This document shows, in pieces, positions 1-10,275 of a stretch of DNA of 64,000 nucleotides; the first letter of the stretch is position 1, and every line of letters starts with the position of its first letter. This DNA comes from Candidatus Latescibacterota bacterium (GTDB lineage Bacteria; Krumholzibacteriota; Krumholzibacteriia; WVZY01): contig CAWBQK010000001.1 in NCBI GenBank assembly GCA_963791045.1, positions 166,250 to 230,249 on the forward strand. Reading direction: 5' to 3'. The position numbers and the translations under genes were made by a program. Under the pieces are notes generated by a model, which was given only the letters and a program-made list of their open reading frames with translations, searched no databases and was not told the origin of the DNA.

Positions 1-387
1 GACAATGGCGCCAGCCTGGGTCATGAAAGTAGTATCGATTTCGGTATAAATCTTTTCGACTTTGAAATGAACATACGGCGAAAACTCTTTCACGACGGCT
101 AACTGGAAATCGGCGCCCAGTTTGCTGGCAAGTTTGTCCTCGAGACTACGCCCACCAATAAACTCGAGCAGATTGCCTTCGCGAATCAGACCGAGACTCC
201 GGTTCAACGCGACGACTTCGGGGTTGTCGAATTTATACTTCATCCCCTTGCTAACAACTGTCGAACGCGTGACCTGTCTCAGTGAGACCTGCGCATACGG
301 ATCGACTTCACTGCCCTCATCACAAGCGATAAACAGCGATGCGAGAAGTGCGACGATGACTGCATTTAACACGATATTCTTGAACAT
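1..387 (-). CDS. Hypothetical lipoprotein (runs off the window edge)
   Basis: Manual translation: MFKNIVLNAVIVALLASLFIACDEGSEVDPY..., open to position 1. Lipobox-like FIAC; AGGAG upstream of the ATG. Absent from the ORF track because no stop codon lies inside the window. Confidence 0.75.
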   Translation of the reverse strand, partial: MFKNIVLNAVIVALLASLFIACDEGSEVDPYAQVSLRQVTRSTVVSKGMKYKFDNPEVVALNRSLGLIREGNLLEFIGGRSLEDKLASKLGADFQLAVVKEFSPYVHFKVEKIYTEIDTTFMTQAGAIV

Positions 388-495
388 TAAAAGCACGCTC
401 CTACGTTCCGACTCAGATTGACTTCATCAACCTTGACACTACCCATTAGGGAACGATTTCAGGTGGGGATCAAAAAGCCGCCATGCGGTAAGAGG

Positions 496-525
496 AAATT
501 ACCACTGGCGGTTAGCGTCTGTCAA
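496..525 (-). promoter_or_regulatory. Putative sigma70 promoter for the lipoprotein gene
   Basis: Minus strand TTGACA-N18-TAATTT with an extended -10 TG. Confidence 0.45.
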
Positions 526-923
526 CCCGAAAAAAGAACACAATTGGATTGGCGGCCCTGGCCAACCTCCCCATCGTCGCATCTCCGCGTCCGATTCGCC
601 CCCCCTCCCATACTCCCCGCGGGCGGTCAGATCAGCGGGATTCTAGCACCCGGCGGAGCCCTCAAGCGCCCGTCTAAAACCGCCTCCGAAACCCAGTTCG
701 CGCCCCTGGAAGTCGTCCGATTCTAACTGCGAAGCCCGGGTTGGGCGTGACCCGCCAAAGTATTTTTAATCGTTTGAGGCACAAGGAGTTGGATGCACCA
801 ATAACCAGGCAAAATTACTTGACTTTTTGCCTGGTTCCGTGTTTTCTTATGTACAGAGCCCCACCTGACAACGAGTTACTCCAGTAGTGACAGATGTATC
901 CCCGCGATAACAAGGATGGTCTC

Positions 924-3395
924 ATGAGACGCAACTTACCCATATACCTAGTCTTGGCCGCGGTACTCCTTGCGATGCCCACTTGGAGTTTGGCCCGCTG
1001 GGCTCCCGAGACAAAAAAGAGCAAAGATACGTTCCCGGGTATGCAGCGTATTCTGGTGTTGGACGGGTCGAACGTTCACAACGTGGGCGAATTGCATATG
1101 CACGTGGCAAACTGGGGCAACTTCGGCTCGTGGCCCGGCTCCGGGCAGCAATTCTCCGAAGCTCCATCGGCGCAGTGGCCGGCCGGTAGCGGCGTTGAAT
1201 ATCTGTATACATCGGGTCTCTGGGTCGGGGCACTCAAAAGCGGTGTCCCCGCCGTTTCGACGGCGGCGTTTGCAACCGAGTTCAGACCTACGCAGGATCC
1301 CATCGACAAAATTTACCGGACAGCCGAAGGCGCCCGCGGGGGCAATCGGCTTCCCTCTCCCGATGCGGACGATGACAAAGACGGAATGGTGGATGAGGAT
1401 TGGCTGAACGGACGTGACGATGACCTCGACGGCCTGGTCGACGAGGACTTTGCGTCGGTTTCCAAGCAGATGTTTAGTTGCTGGTACACCGACGATCAGC
1501 CGATCGCGATCCAGATCTTCCCGGAACACAACCCCTTGAATCTCCTGATCAAGCAGGAGAGCTTTCAGTGGGAGGAAGACCGCTTCGACGACTTTGTCGG
1601 AATCGAATTCAAACTCACAAATATTGGCAACGACATTCTCGAAGACCTCTATATCGGGTTCTTCGCCGACTGTGACGCCGGCGCCCGTACAACGGACAAT
1701 TACTGGGAAGATGACGCGAGCGGGCATGTCGCGCCTCCTCCGCTGTGTACGGACCTCGGCCCCGTTCTCGTCGACATCGCTTACACGTACGACGCGGATG
1801 GAGACAACGGAACAACGCTCGGATACTTTGGCGTAATGTTCCTCGGACACACAGTTGACCCCACGGGCGAGACGGCGCCTGAGCGAGTCGGTATCAGCAC
1901 CTACGCGAACTTTTCCGGGCAGCAGTCATTTGAAGAGGGCGGAGATCCCACAAACGACTTTGAACGTTACGAGCTGCTCTCCCAGGAGACGATCGAGCGC
2001 GACGCGGTGGTTCCGCGTGACTATCGAATGCTCATGAGCGCCGGTCCGTTCGTGGAGCTTTTCCCCGATAGTTCACTCGTTTTTCAGACCGCGTTTGTCG
2101 CTGGTGAGGGCCAGGCAGGGATGATCGCGAACGCCGCCAACGCCCAGCTCACATACGACGGCGCGTGGTTCAACCTCGATGGTAACAGGACGACCGGCGC
2201 CGACTACCGTGAGACGGCAGTCATCGGCCCCGCGGAAAACGTCGCCATCGATACCTGCCGTGCCGAATACCGAAACCCGATTCCGTTGATCCCGCGCGGC
2301 ACGACACTCTGGATCAATAACGACTGCGCGAAGGAAGGGTTCTTCCAGCTCTTCTGTGGCTATACGGACGACGACAGTTTGAAATTCAGGACCGGGGTTG
2401 ACGGGAAAGAAACTCAGATCAACTGGATCGTGGGAACCGCTCCGCCGGCGCCGAACATGCGTCTCGACGACCACTCGGCGGGCGGGCTTACAATTTACTG
2501 GGACAATTTCAGCCAGTCCGTTCCGGATGTCAAAACCCAGAAATTCGACTTTGAAGGGTACAGGGTGTGGCGGGCCGATAACTGGGGACGTCCACTGGGT
2601 AGTTCCGTAGAGAATGGTCCGGCGGCCGAACTTTGGAAGCTTTTGTTCGAGGCCGACGTGGTCAACAATTTTGGCCAAGACACGGGGCTCGACCGCTACC
2701 GCTACGAACCGCTCGTGAGCACACTCTCAGCGTCGCAGAAGAGCGATTTCATCCGTTCGATGGAACAGTACCTTCTCGAGTTCCCGGGCAAAGAACCTCC
2801 CTGTCCTCCCGGTGTCACACCGGAAGTGTGCGACACACTTTCGCGCCTTGCCAAGTGGTCGATCGGCGCGGACGGCGGACGTCAGTATTACAAGTATATC
2901 GATCGTTCGATGCACCTTGGCCGCCACTACTTCTATTCGGTAACGGCGCTGGATCACGGACTGGACGATGACAACAACCTCTTTGAAGGAAAAGCGGGCG
3001 ATCCGTCATCGAACTTCCAGTACGTCCAGCCCAATTCCGTTTCGAGAGCGGCGTACGAATACCAGGAAGGCGACATCTACGTGGTGCCCAACCCGGCAAC
3101 TACCGCGTCGATGGCTGAATGGCCAAGCCTCGAGCCGAACAACGACGATCCAACGGGTATTAAGGTAGAGTTCAGGAACCTGCCGCGTTCGCGGGGAACC
3201 ATCCGCGTATACACGCTCTCTGGCGACCTTGTGGAAGAACTGCCGTTTGATGGAAACACCGGTATCGGAACGGTCCGGTGGGACCTCGTCAGCCGAAACA
3301 TGCAGGATGTTGCGAGCGGTATCTATCTCTATTCGGTCGAGACCGACGACACGAACTTCGACCGGTTCGTCGGCAAGTTCGTGGTTATTCGCTAA
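924..3395 (+). CDS. Large secreted protein of unknown function with Ca-binding DxDxDG motifs, an FN3-like region and a FlgD/T9SS-like C-terminal domain
   Basis: Signal peptide MRRNLPIYLVLAAVLLAMPTWSLA; DDDKDGMVDED and DDDLDGLVDED motifs; C-terminus IYVVPNP...IRVYTLSGDLV...WDLVSRNMQDVASGIYLY...GKFVVIR. Start moved from 894 to ATG 924 (AAGGA upstream). Confidence 0.8.
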   Translation: MRRNLPIYLVLAAVLLAMPTWSLARWAPETKKSKDTFPGMQRILVLDGSNVHNVGELHMHVANWGNFGSWPGSGQQFSEAPSAQWPAGSGVEYLYTSGLWVGALKSGVPAVSTAAFATEFRPTQDPIDKIYRTAEGARGGNRLPSPDADDDKDGMVDEDWLNGRDDDLDGLVDEDFASVSKQMFSCWYTDDQPIAIQIFPEHNPLNLLIKQESFQWEEDRFDDFVGIEFKLTNIGNDILEDLYIGFFADCDAGARTTDNYWEDDASGHVAPPPLCTDLGPVLVDIAYTYDADGDNGTTLGYFGVMFLGHTVDPTGETAPERVGISTYANFSGQQSFEEGGDPTNDFERYELLSQETIERDAVVPRDYRMLMSAGPFVELFPDSSLVFQTAFVAGEGQAGMIANAANAQLTYDGAWFNLDGNRTTGADYRETAVIGPAENVAIDTCRAEYRNPIPLIPRGTTLWINNDCAKEGFFQLFCGYTDDDSLKFRTGVDGKETQINWIVGTAPPAPNMRLDDHSAGGLTIYWDNFSQSVPDVKTQKFDFEGYRVWRADNWGRPLGSSVENGPAAELWKLLFEADVVNNFGQDTGLDRYRYEPLVSTLSASQKSDFIRSMEQYLLEFPGKEPPCPPGVTPEVCDTLSRLAKWSIGADGGRQYYKYIDRSMHLGRHYFYSVTALDHGLDDDNNLFEGKAGDPSSNFQYVQPNSVSRAAYEYQEGDIYVVPNPATTASMAEWPSLEPNNDDPTGIKVEFRNLPRSRGTIRVYTLSGDLVEELPFDGNTGIGTVRWDLVSRNMQDVASGIYLYSVETDDTNFDRFVGKFVVIR

Positions 3396-3420
3396 AGCAT
3401 AACTAATCGCTGTCTCAAAG

Positions 3421-3454
3421 CAAGAGGCCCTGGAGTTTACTCCAGGGCCTCTTG
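3421..3454. terminator. Intrinsic terminator between convergent genes
   Basis: Perfect inverted repeat CAAGAGGCCCTGGAG-TTTA-CTCCAGGGCCTCTTG followed by TTT. Confidence 0.8.
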
Positions 3455-3577
3455 TTTCGAGCATTGTTTGCGGGGCCGGCAACAAAGCGGTTGTGCGGGG
3501 GCATTAAAAGAGGGTGACGGTTTGACCCATCACCCTCTTAACTTTCAACTCATGTCGCGGCGGCCGACAACCGATAT

Positions 3578-4564
3578 CTAGCCGTTCACAAGTTTTTTCA
3601 ATTCCTCCGTCAGCAAGGGAACAACCTCGAACAGGTCGCCTTCGATCCCATAGTCCGAATACTGGAAAATCGGAGCGTTCGGATCCTTGTTTATCGAAAC
3701 GATCACTTTGGATGTTCTCATACCGACGAGATGCTGGATGGCGCCCGACACGCCGCAAGCAAAATAGAGTTTTGGATTGACGACCTTGCCGGTCTGCCCG
3801 ATCTGTTTTGAATGCTCCGAGTAACCCGCGTCCACCGCGGCACGTGACGCGCCGACCGACCCGCCGAGTACATCCGCCAGATCCTCGAGAATCTTGAAAT
3901 TCTCTTCACTCTTGATAGACCGTCCACCCGCGACGATGACTTCGGCTTCGGTCACGTCTTTACGCCCCGTCGATACGCCCTCCACCCCCGTCACTACCGC
4001 GCCGATCTGATCTTCCGTCACTGGAAGCGCGACTTCGACAACTTCCGCACCGCCACCGGACTTTTCAGCCGCGGGGAAAATATTCGGCCGGATGGAGGCC
4101 ATCTTCAGCCCGTCTTTGGTCGACACCACGGTCGCGTACACCTTGCCCGAAAAAACGGGGCGCTTGACCTTGAGGGCACCGTCTTCGAAATCGACATCCG
4201 TGCAGTCGGTCATCAGGGCCGCCCCGAGGCGTGCCGCCAGGCGGGCTGACAGATCCTTGCCCGTCGCCGTTGCGCCAAACAACAAGACTCCGGGATCTGC
4301 TTCTTTGACCACGGCTTCGAGACCACCGGCAAAACCCTCCGTCGAATATTTGGCCAGAACAGGGCTCTTTACGGTGAATACTTTCTGTACGTCAAACCCC
4401 TTTGCCTCCTCGACCGCCTGGTCGACTCCGTCACCCAATACCGCGATGTGCACGCCGCCTCCACTCTTCTCCGCAAGCGTCTTCGCGGCGGTTACAAGCT
4501 CGCCGTTAATTTTTTTGAAATCGCCATCGCGAATCTCTGCGAATACCAGGATATCGTTTGTCAT
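3578..4564 (-). CDS. etfA: Electron transfer flavoprotein alpha subunit
   Basis: VGASRAAVDAG, QIGQTGKVVNPKLYFACGVSGAIQHLVGM, INKDPNAPIF motifs. Confidence 0.96.
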   Translation of the reverse strand: MTNDILVFAEIRDGDFKKINGELVTAAKTLAEKSGGGVHIAVLGDGVDQAVEEAKGFDVQKVFTVKSPVLAKYSTEGFAGGLEAVVKEADPGVLLFGATATGKDLSARLAARLGAALMTDCTDVDFEDGALKVKRPVFSGKVYATVVSTKDGLKMASIRPNIFPAAEKSGGGAEVVEVALPVTEDQIGAVVTGVEGVSTGRKDVTEAEVIVAGGRSIKSEENFKILEDLADVLGGSVGASRAAVDAGYSEHSKQIGQTGKVVNPKLYFACGVSGAIQHLVGMRTSKVIVSINKDPNAPIFQYSDYGIEGDLFEVVPLLTEELKKLVNG

Positions 4565-4615
4565 TTTTGTTCCGGGACGACGTCCCGACTCCTTTCCATT
4601 TCTTGAATCAATGTC

Positions 4616-5416
4616 CTAGATTACTTTCGCATCTTCGCGCAGCGCGCGGACCAGTTCCGTCACTTGCTGCGCCGGCTCCCCTTCGATCATTTTGCAGGGG
4701 GGGCGAGCGGACAGCGGTTCATAACCGACGACTCTGGTCGCGGAACCCGCCGCGCCCACCTGGTCTTCGCTCAAACCATCCAGGTCGGCCAGCGTGATTT
4801 TCTTTATCTCTTTCTTTTTTGCTTTCATGATACCGGGAAGGGATGCGTAGCGAGGCTCGTTGAGCCCCTTCTCACAGGTCACAACCGCGGGAAGCTTGAC
4901 GTCGACGACCTCGTCTCCGCCCTCGACACTCCGTCGCGCGATAAACCCGGTCTTGTCATCATTCATTTCGAAACCTACCACGACCTGAACCTGGGGAATC
5001 CCGAGGTGCTCGGCGACGGCGGCGCAAACTTGCGACGAATCGTAATCGATTCCCTGCTTGCCCCCGAAGATAATGTCGAAACCCATCGAGCCCACGACAC
5101 CGGCGAGAATCTTCGCATTGTTCAGCGAATCGCCGCCTTCCATCGCGGGATCCCATACGTGGACCGCTTCATCGGCGCCCATCGCCAGGGCCGTTCTCAG
5201 TGACTCGATAACCCTATCGGGGCCGAGCGAGATAACCGTCACCGTGGTATCGTCCTTGAATTTCTCTTTGAGTTGGAGCCCCGCTTCAACGGCGTATTCG
5301 TCAAACGTGCTCATCACCCATTTGATCCCCTGCTCTTCGACCGTCGACCGGTCAGAGGACAGTTTTATTTTTGTTTCCGTATCAGGAACGTTCTTTACTA
5401 AGACACCTATCTTCAC
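4616..5416 (-). CDS. etfB: Electron transfer flavoprotein beta subunit
   Basis: VLVKNVPDT, FDEYAVE, ALAMGAD, GKQGIDYD, NEPRYASLPGIMKAKKK; GTG start at 5416 with GGAGG RBS. Confidence 0.96.
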   Translation of the reverse strand: MKIGVLVKNVPDTETKIKLSSDRSTVEEQGIKWVMSTFDEYAVEAGLQLKEKFKDDTTVTVISLGPDRVIESLRTALAMGADEAVHVWDPAMEGGDSLNNAKILAGVVGSMGFDIIFGGKQGIDYDSSQVCAAVAEHLGIPQVQVVVGFEMNDDKTGFIARRSVEGGDEVVDVKLPAVVTCEKGLNEPRYASLPGIMKAKKKEIKKITLADLDGLSEDQVGAAGSATRVVGYEPLSARPPCKMIEGEPAQQVTELVRALREDAKVI

Positions 5417-5483
5417 CCTGGGACCTCCTGTTATCACCGTGCCGGGCTTTCTCATCCACCCGCGACCGGTCAGTTTCTCCTTG

Positions 5484-6632
5484 TTAGCCTCTCAGGTAGG
5501 CTCTCGAAACGACGATTCTTTGGACTTCGCTTGTTCCTTCGTAGATTTCTGTGATTCTCGCGTCGCGATAGTAACGTTCAACGGGGAAATCCTTGAGATA
5601 ACCGGCGCCACCGTGGATCTGCACCGCGTCGCGTGCGACCTTGTTCGAAATTTCAGACGCGAACAATTTGGCCATCGCCGCTTCCTTGGTGTGCGGGACA
5701 CCCCTGTCGCGCAGTCTCGATGCCCTGTAAACCAACAACCGGGCCGCATCGATCTGGGTGGCCATGTCCGCTATCTTCCATTGGATCGCCTGAAATTCGC
5801 CGATGGCTCTCCCGAACTGTTCGCGCTCGCGTGCGTAAGCAACCGAAGCATCGAGACAGGCCCGCGCAATTCCCACGGCCTGTGTCCCGATCCCGATCCG
5901 CCCTCCGTCGAGAGTCGCCATGGCGATCTTGAACCCTTCGCCTTCAGCGCCAAGCATGTTAGCTGCCGGCACCCGGCAGTCCTCGAAAATAAGCTCGGTT
6001 GTGCTTGAAGCACGCAAACCAAGTTTGTCTTCTTTTTTACCGACACTAAAACCCGGCGTGTCGCGTTCGACGATAAACGCGCTTATGCCCTTTACTTTTT
6101 GTTCGGGATCGGTTTTCACCAGAACGACGTAAACATCAGCATTCGCACCCGTCGTTATCCACAGCTTCGTGCCCGTCAAAACATAGTCGTCACCGTCTTT
6201 GACCGCACGGCACTGAATCGACGCCGCATCGGTCCCCGCGTCGGCTTCGCTAAGCGCATACGCGCCCAAATATTCGCCCGAAGCGAGCTTCGGCAGATAT
6301 CTCTTCTTCAGATCGTCGCTCCCGTATTTCATGATCGGAGAGTTGACCAGTGAGTTCTGTACCGACATCGTCACGCCGGTCGAGGCACACGCGCGGTTGA
6401 TTTCCTCAAGCGCGAGAACCGCACAAAAGTTACTCAGCCCCGACCCGCCGTATTCTTCGGGGACGAGCATTCCCATGAAACCCAATTCCCCGAGTTTCTT
6501 GACAATGTCCGTCGGGAATTGCGCCTTCGCATCGTTCTCAGCGGCAACCGGCATTATTTCGGATTCGGCAAACTCGCGCGCCGTATCCTGAATCATTCGT
6601 TCTTCTTCAGATAAATCAAAAAACGCTGACAT
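5484..6632 (-). CDS. Acyl-CoA dehydrogenase (short/branched-chain, Bcd-like)
   Basis: AYALSEADAGTD, GTKLWITTG, KLGLRASST, REQFGRAIGEFQAIQ, QIHGGAGY, YRDARITEIYEGTSEVQR; directly upstream of etfBA. Confidence 0.95.
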   Translation of the reverse strand: MSAFFDLSEEERMIQDTAREFAESEIMPVAAENDAKAQFPTDIVKKLGELGFMGMLVPEEYGGSGLSNFCAVLALEEINRACASTGVTMSVQNSLVNSPIMKYGSDDLKKRYLPKLASGEYLGAYALSEADAGTDAASIQCRAVKDGDDYVLTGTKLWITTGANADVYVVLVKTDPEQKVKGISAFIVERDTPGFSVGKKEDKLGLRASSTTELIFEDCRVPAANMLGAEGEGFKIAMATLDGGRIGIGTQAVGIARACLDASVAYAREREQFGRAIGEFQAIQWKIADMATQIDAARLLVYRASRLRDRGVPHTKEAAMAKLFASEISNKVARDAVQIHGGAGYLKDFPVERYYRDARITEIYEGTSEVQRIVVSRAYLRG

Positions 6633-6733
6633 ACAACACACCCCTCGTTGGCCCCAAAAGTCCACGTAAAATCGAAGAGACTTTCCTGGAAAGGATTTAC
6701 TGAGTAGGGTTTACACTTCGTGACCGTCTTGTG

Positions 6734-6762
6734 ATCCTACACCCGGTCACACCGCTTGTCAA
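6734..6762 (-). promoter_or_regulatory. Putative sigma70 promoter of the acyl-CoA dehydrogenase-etfBA operon
   Basis: Minus strand TTGACA-N17-TAGGAT; overlapped by the inverted repeat GTGACCG...CGGTCAC (6720-6750), a possible operator. Confidence 0.6.
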
Positions 6763-6836
6763 TTGGAATTGGCCATGAGGGGCGTGGGAACCAATCCATA
6801 CGAGCACGCGGCAACGGCGCTCTGCGCGCCCCTCAC

Positions 6837-6873
6837 AAAAAACCCGGCCGTTCTCATCTGGAACGACCGGGTT
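6837..6873 (-). terminator. Intrinsic terminator of the M6 protease gene
   Basis: Hairpin CCCGGTCGTTC/GAACGGCCGGG followed by a T6 tract on the minus strand. Confidence 0.75.
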
Positions 6874-6900
6874 CACACACTCAAGTCAGGCGGATGTTGT

Positions 6901-9525
6901 TTACTTCAGGAGAACGAGTTTCTTGACCGCCTGGTACTCGCTTCCCGCCGTGAGCTGATAGAGATAGACACCCGACGCGACAGGTTCGCCCGCATCGTTT
7001 CTTCCGTTCCACAAAACGGAGAAACCGCCTGCCTGCGGCGCCTGCATGTCGTCAACCAGAGTGCGAACGAGCTGCCCGGCGGCGTTGTAGATCTTCAACG
7101 TGACATGACCGCCGTCCTTGATCGCGTACTTGATCGTCGTTGTCGGGTTGAAAGGATTCGGATGGTTCTGGAACAAGGCGTTTGTCGCGGCGAGACTCGG
7201 GTTGCCGATGCCGGTTCCAACATCGTTGACGATAAAACCATCGTCGATTACGGACTCCTGGCCGTCCGGGTTGCGAACAACCACATCGTACGTACCGCCG
7301 GGAACGCCGTTGAGATCGAGCGTGCCGACGAGTTTCGCCTTGCCGATCCACTCAACGTCGGTGGCCGCGTACTCGATCATGGAAGGGTCACGGAGGAGGA
7401 ATGTCGCCCCGTATACAAATCCGGCGCCCGCGACATCGGGGACAGGAACAACCTGATCGTTATCTCCGATAACGGGAGTTATCGACACGAGCGTCGGCGC
7501 GAAGTATCCGCCGCGCATATCCGCCGTCATCACGTTGCCCGACGGGCTGATATTCTCGACGGCCACATTGGTCGTGTAAGCGTTGAGGCTGTTGCTGTTC
7601 GGTACTGTCGCCGAATTAAAGGCCGTGTTGCTGGTGTTACCCGGGAACACATCGCCCGCGTCCCCGCGGTTCGTTCCGCTAAGGAGCTGACCCAGGCCGT
7701 CGGCTTCCTCGACCATCATGCCGCGAGCCGTCGTGCCGGGGTCTCCGTCCCCGGAGTTTCCCAGTGTGGTTTTCATCACATCGTCTTCGACATGATAGAT
7801 GACAAGTCCCTGGCCGTTGAGATTCTGATCGAACTGCGCCCCAATACTGTTGCGGTTCTCGACAAGGAAGTATTCCTTCACCGGGGTCATGGTCCGGTCA
7901 ACATGCCAGCCGTCTTCGTAGGCCTCGAAATCGGTCGCGTAGCTCTCGCCGCCACCGGTTACCGAGACATCATCAATCTTGAACGGACCCGTCGTGCCGG
8001 AGTTGAAATCACCGTCTTCATCCGCGTAGGCCCAGTCGGAATCGAAACCGAAAATCAATGTGTAGGCGGAAGCGCCGCTCCCGGTCAGATACGGAGTCAA
8101 GTCGATGTTCGCGGTCCCACTGCCAACACCGTGATACGATACAATTGTGGATACGGTTCCGTTGACCTCGATCTTGACGCGACCATAGTCATACCCCGAC
8201 TCCGTGTGGTACGAATACTTGTACTGGAGCGAGACGGGATCGGCGCCGTTATACGAAAAGTCCCTGCACACCGCTTCGTCCCATCCGTTCCCGTATCCGG
8301 TCCCACCGGCCCAATTGCGGGTTGCGGCATCCGTTGCGGTCAAGCCGCAGTGCAGCGAATACGACCCGGAGATGGGTGTGTAGTTCTTGCGGCTGAACTT
8401 CTCTTCCATCACATTGAGCTTGTACGCTTGGGGCGTGACTTCCGAGTTATTCACCGTGTACATCTGCGACATCGGACCGACTTCGGTGGGTACGATCCAG
8501 CCGAGCCATTCCTTCGAGTATGCCGTCATGTGTACCGGGTTCGTGGGAATCTGCCAGTTCCCGGAGCCCATGAGACCCCACTCACCGATTCCCGCGCTTC
8601 CACCGTCCGTGTCGTAGTAATCGGGGAGACCAAACGCGTGCCCAAACTCGTGGCAGAAAACGCCGATCTCAATCACGCCGGCGCCGCATCCGTTCGTCGA
8701 ACCCAAAGCGGGTTGGATAGTGTAGTCGTATATTTTGACAACGCCGCCGTTTGCCGACGGGTCGTTCGTCGCCCAGGGAGCACTGAACTCGGGCCAACCG
8801 ACTACGACCCAGCGGTGTGACCACAGGTTGTCATTCCCGCACTCAGCGCCGATCTCCGGTTGGACGATCGCCACAAAATCGACGTAGCCGTCATCATCCC
8901 CCGAGTTGGGGAGACCGTCGGGACCGTCATTGTCATAAAGACTGAAGTCGACCCCGGGATCGGCAAGCTGGAGAACCTCTTTTATATACGCGCCGACCTT
9001 TCCCGTGGCACAAAATCCGTAACAACCCGCCCCACCCTCGTAATACGTATCCGTGTTCGACACCTGGTACCACCCATACACCGAGCCCGTAAGATTGAGA
9101 TTGCCATAGGACATCTCATCATAGAGAGATGTCATCGACGCGGCCGGGGGAGGGCTAAAGAGTTTTGTTTGGAGCGTCGCCGTTGTGTACGGATCGGCGC
9201 CAGTGTTTGAATATTTTCCCATGAGAACGGGAACCTGAGAGGTACCCGAAACCATCATCGCTTTTTTTAAATCATCGGGCAAAGCGGCAAACGCCATTCC
9301 CGCTTGCGGGGTCATCGACAAAAACTTGTCGCGTGCTTCTTTTGCTCTCTCGGCTTTTTGAATCCATGCTCTCTCGAATTGAAATGCCTTCGGGTTTTCC
9401 GCGATACGATCGTAATATGCCTGTGGAATATCGACACCCGGTTTGGGCGGCACAATCTGCGCAAAAGCGCTCAAAGGCACAAGCATAACCGCGATGACTA
9501 GCATCAATGCGACCGACGATTTCAT
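6901..9525 (-). CDS. Immune inhibitor A-like M6 family metalloprotease with FlgD/T9SS-like C-terminal domain
   Basis: Signal peptide; GVFCHEFGHAFGLPDYYD zinc motif; WGLMGSGNW; EYFLVENR; GLVIYHV; C-terminal QNHPNPFNPTTTIKY...WNGRNDAGEPVASGVYLY. GGAGG RBS before ATG 9525. Confidence 0.92.
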   Translation of the reverse strand: MKSSVALMLVIAVMLVPLSAFAQIVPPKPGVDIPQAYYDRIAENPKAFQFERAWIQKAERAKEARDKFLSMTPQAGMAFAALPDDLKKAMMVSGTSQVPVLMGKYSNTGADPYTTATLQTKLFSPPPAASMTSLYDEMSYGNLNLTGSVYGWYQVSNTDTYYEGGAGCYGFCATGKVGAYIKEVLQLADPGVDFSLYDNDGPDGLPNSGDDDGYVDFVAIVQPEIGAECGNDNLWSHRWVVVGWPEFSAPWATNDPSANGGVVKIYDYTIQPALGSTNGCGAGVIEIGVFCHEFGHAFGLPDYYDTDGGSAGIGEWGLMGSGNWQIPTNPVHMTAYSKEWLGWIVPTEVGPMSQMYTVNNSEVTPQAYKLNVMEEKFSRKNYTPISGSYSLHCGLTATDAATRNWAGGTGYGNGWDEAVCRDFSYNGADPVSLQYKYSYHTESGYDYGRVKIEVNGTVSTIVSYHGVGSGTANIDLTPYLTGSGASAYTLIFGFDSDWAYADEDGDFNSGTTGPFKIDDVSVTGGGESYATDFEAYEDGWHVDRTMTPVKEYFLVENRNSIGAQFDQNLNGQGLVIYHVEDDVMKTTLGNSGDGDPGTTARGMMVEEADGLGQLLSGTNRGDAGDVFPGNTSNTAFNSATVPNSNSLNAYTTNVAVENISPSGNVMTADMRGGYFAPTLVSITPVIGDNDQVVPVPDVAGAGFVYGATFLLRDPSMIEYAATDVEWIGKAKLVGTLDLNGVPGGTYDVVVRNPDGQESVIDDGFIVNDVGTGIGNPSLAATNALFQNHPNPFNPTTTIKYAIKDGGHVTLKIYNAAGQLVRTLVDDMQAPQAGGFSVLWNGRNDAGEPVASGVYLYQLTAGSEYQAVKKLVLLK

Positions 9526-9635
9526 TCGCTGTCCTCCTTGGGATGGTGAGCTCGAGATCAAAAAGATACGACGGAACCAATACGGTTGTTGGAACGCAAG
9601 TGTGATGTAAAGCAAAATTCCGTCGATCTTTGTAA

Positions 9636-9665
9636 ATTATACTACACTTTCGACTCCCCTGTCAA
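9636..9665 (-). promoter_or_regulatory. Consensus sigma70 promoter of the M6 protease gene
   Basis: Minus strand TTGACA-N18-TATAAT, both hexamers perfect. Confidence 0.75.
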
Positions 9666-9858
9666 TTCATAACCTATAACAAACAAATGAATTCCGTTAA
9701 TTGCCTGTCGTCGCGGGAATTCCATATCTTGTATTCGCGCTCCGACGGTGCGATGTGAATTTCTTACTTGAACCATACGCCCGTTTCGACTATTTACAGA
9801 TAATTAATCCGATTGAAAGTCGATCTCAACAAGCAGCCCAACAACCGAACGGAAAAAA

Positions 9859-10275
9859 ATGGCAAAGAAGAAAGCCGGGAAGAAAAAGAGCAAAAAGACC
9901 GCGAAATCCAAGGCGCAACTCGTTGCGCAGCACCCGCGGTGCGCGCAGTGCATTCCGGCGAAATGCTGCCGGTATTTTTCGCTAGAGATAGACCGGCCGC
10001 GGTCCAAGAGAGATTACGACGATCTGCTATGGATGCTCGCGCATCAGGACGTGTCTGTTTATGTCGATAAGAAGAAGTGGCATCTGATGGTTCACACGCA
10101 GTGCAAATTTCTCGACATGGACACGAACTGCTGCACGATCTACGACACTCGCCCGCAGATGTGCCGGGAGCATTCTGTCGATGAATGCGAATGGAACAGC
10201 CCCTACGATTTCGATAAACACTTCATGTCGTACGAAGAACTCAGGCAATGGATGAAGAAGAAGGATCTCCTATAA
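9859..10275 (+). CDS. YkgJ-family cysteine-cluster (Zn/Fe-chelating) protein
   Basis: CAQCIPAKCC...CKFL...CTIYDTRPQMCR pattern; Lys-rich N-terminal tail. Confidence 0.88.
   Translation: MAKKKAGKKKSKKTAKSKAQLVAQHPRCAQCIPAKCCRYFSLEIDRPRSKRDYDDLLWMLAHQDVSVYVDKKKWHLMVHTQCKFLDMDTNCCTIYDTRPQMCREHSVDECEWNSPYDFDKHFMSYEELRQWMKKKDLL

Noticed and set aside
122-726. Plus-strand ORFs 122..421 and 418..726
   Set aside because: The first is antisense to the real lipoprotein gene; the second spans the divergent promoter region and lacks an RBS and protein-like composition.
3578-6632. Electron-bifurcating Bcd-Etf complex
   Set aside because: Gene order is compatible, but I cannot verify the bifurcating-ETF signature residues by eye.
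6763-8820. 685-aa plus-strand ORF
   Set aside because: Antisense shadow of the M6 protease gene; no motifs; expected from codon bias in GC-rich genes.
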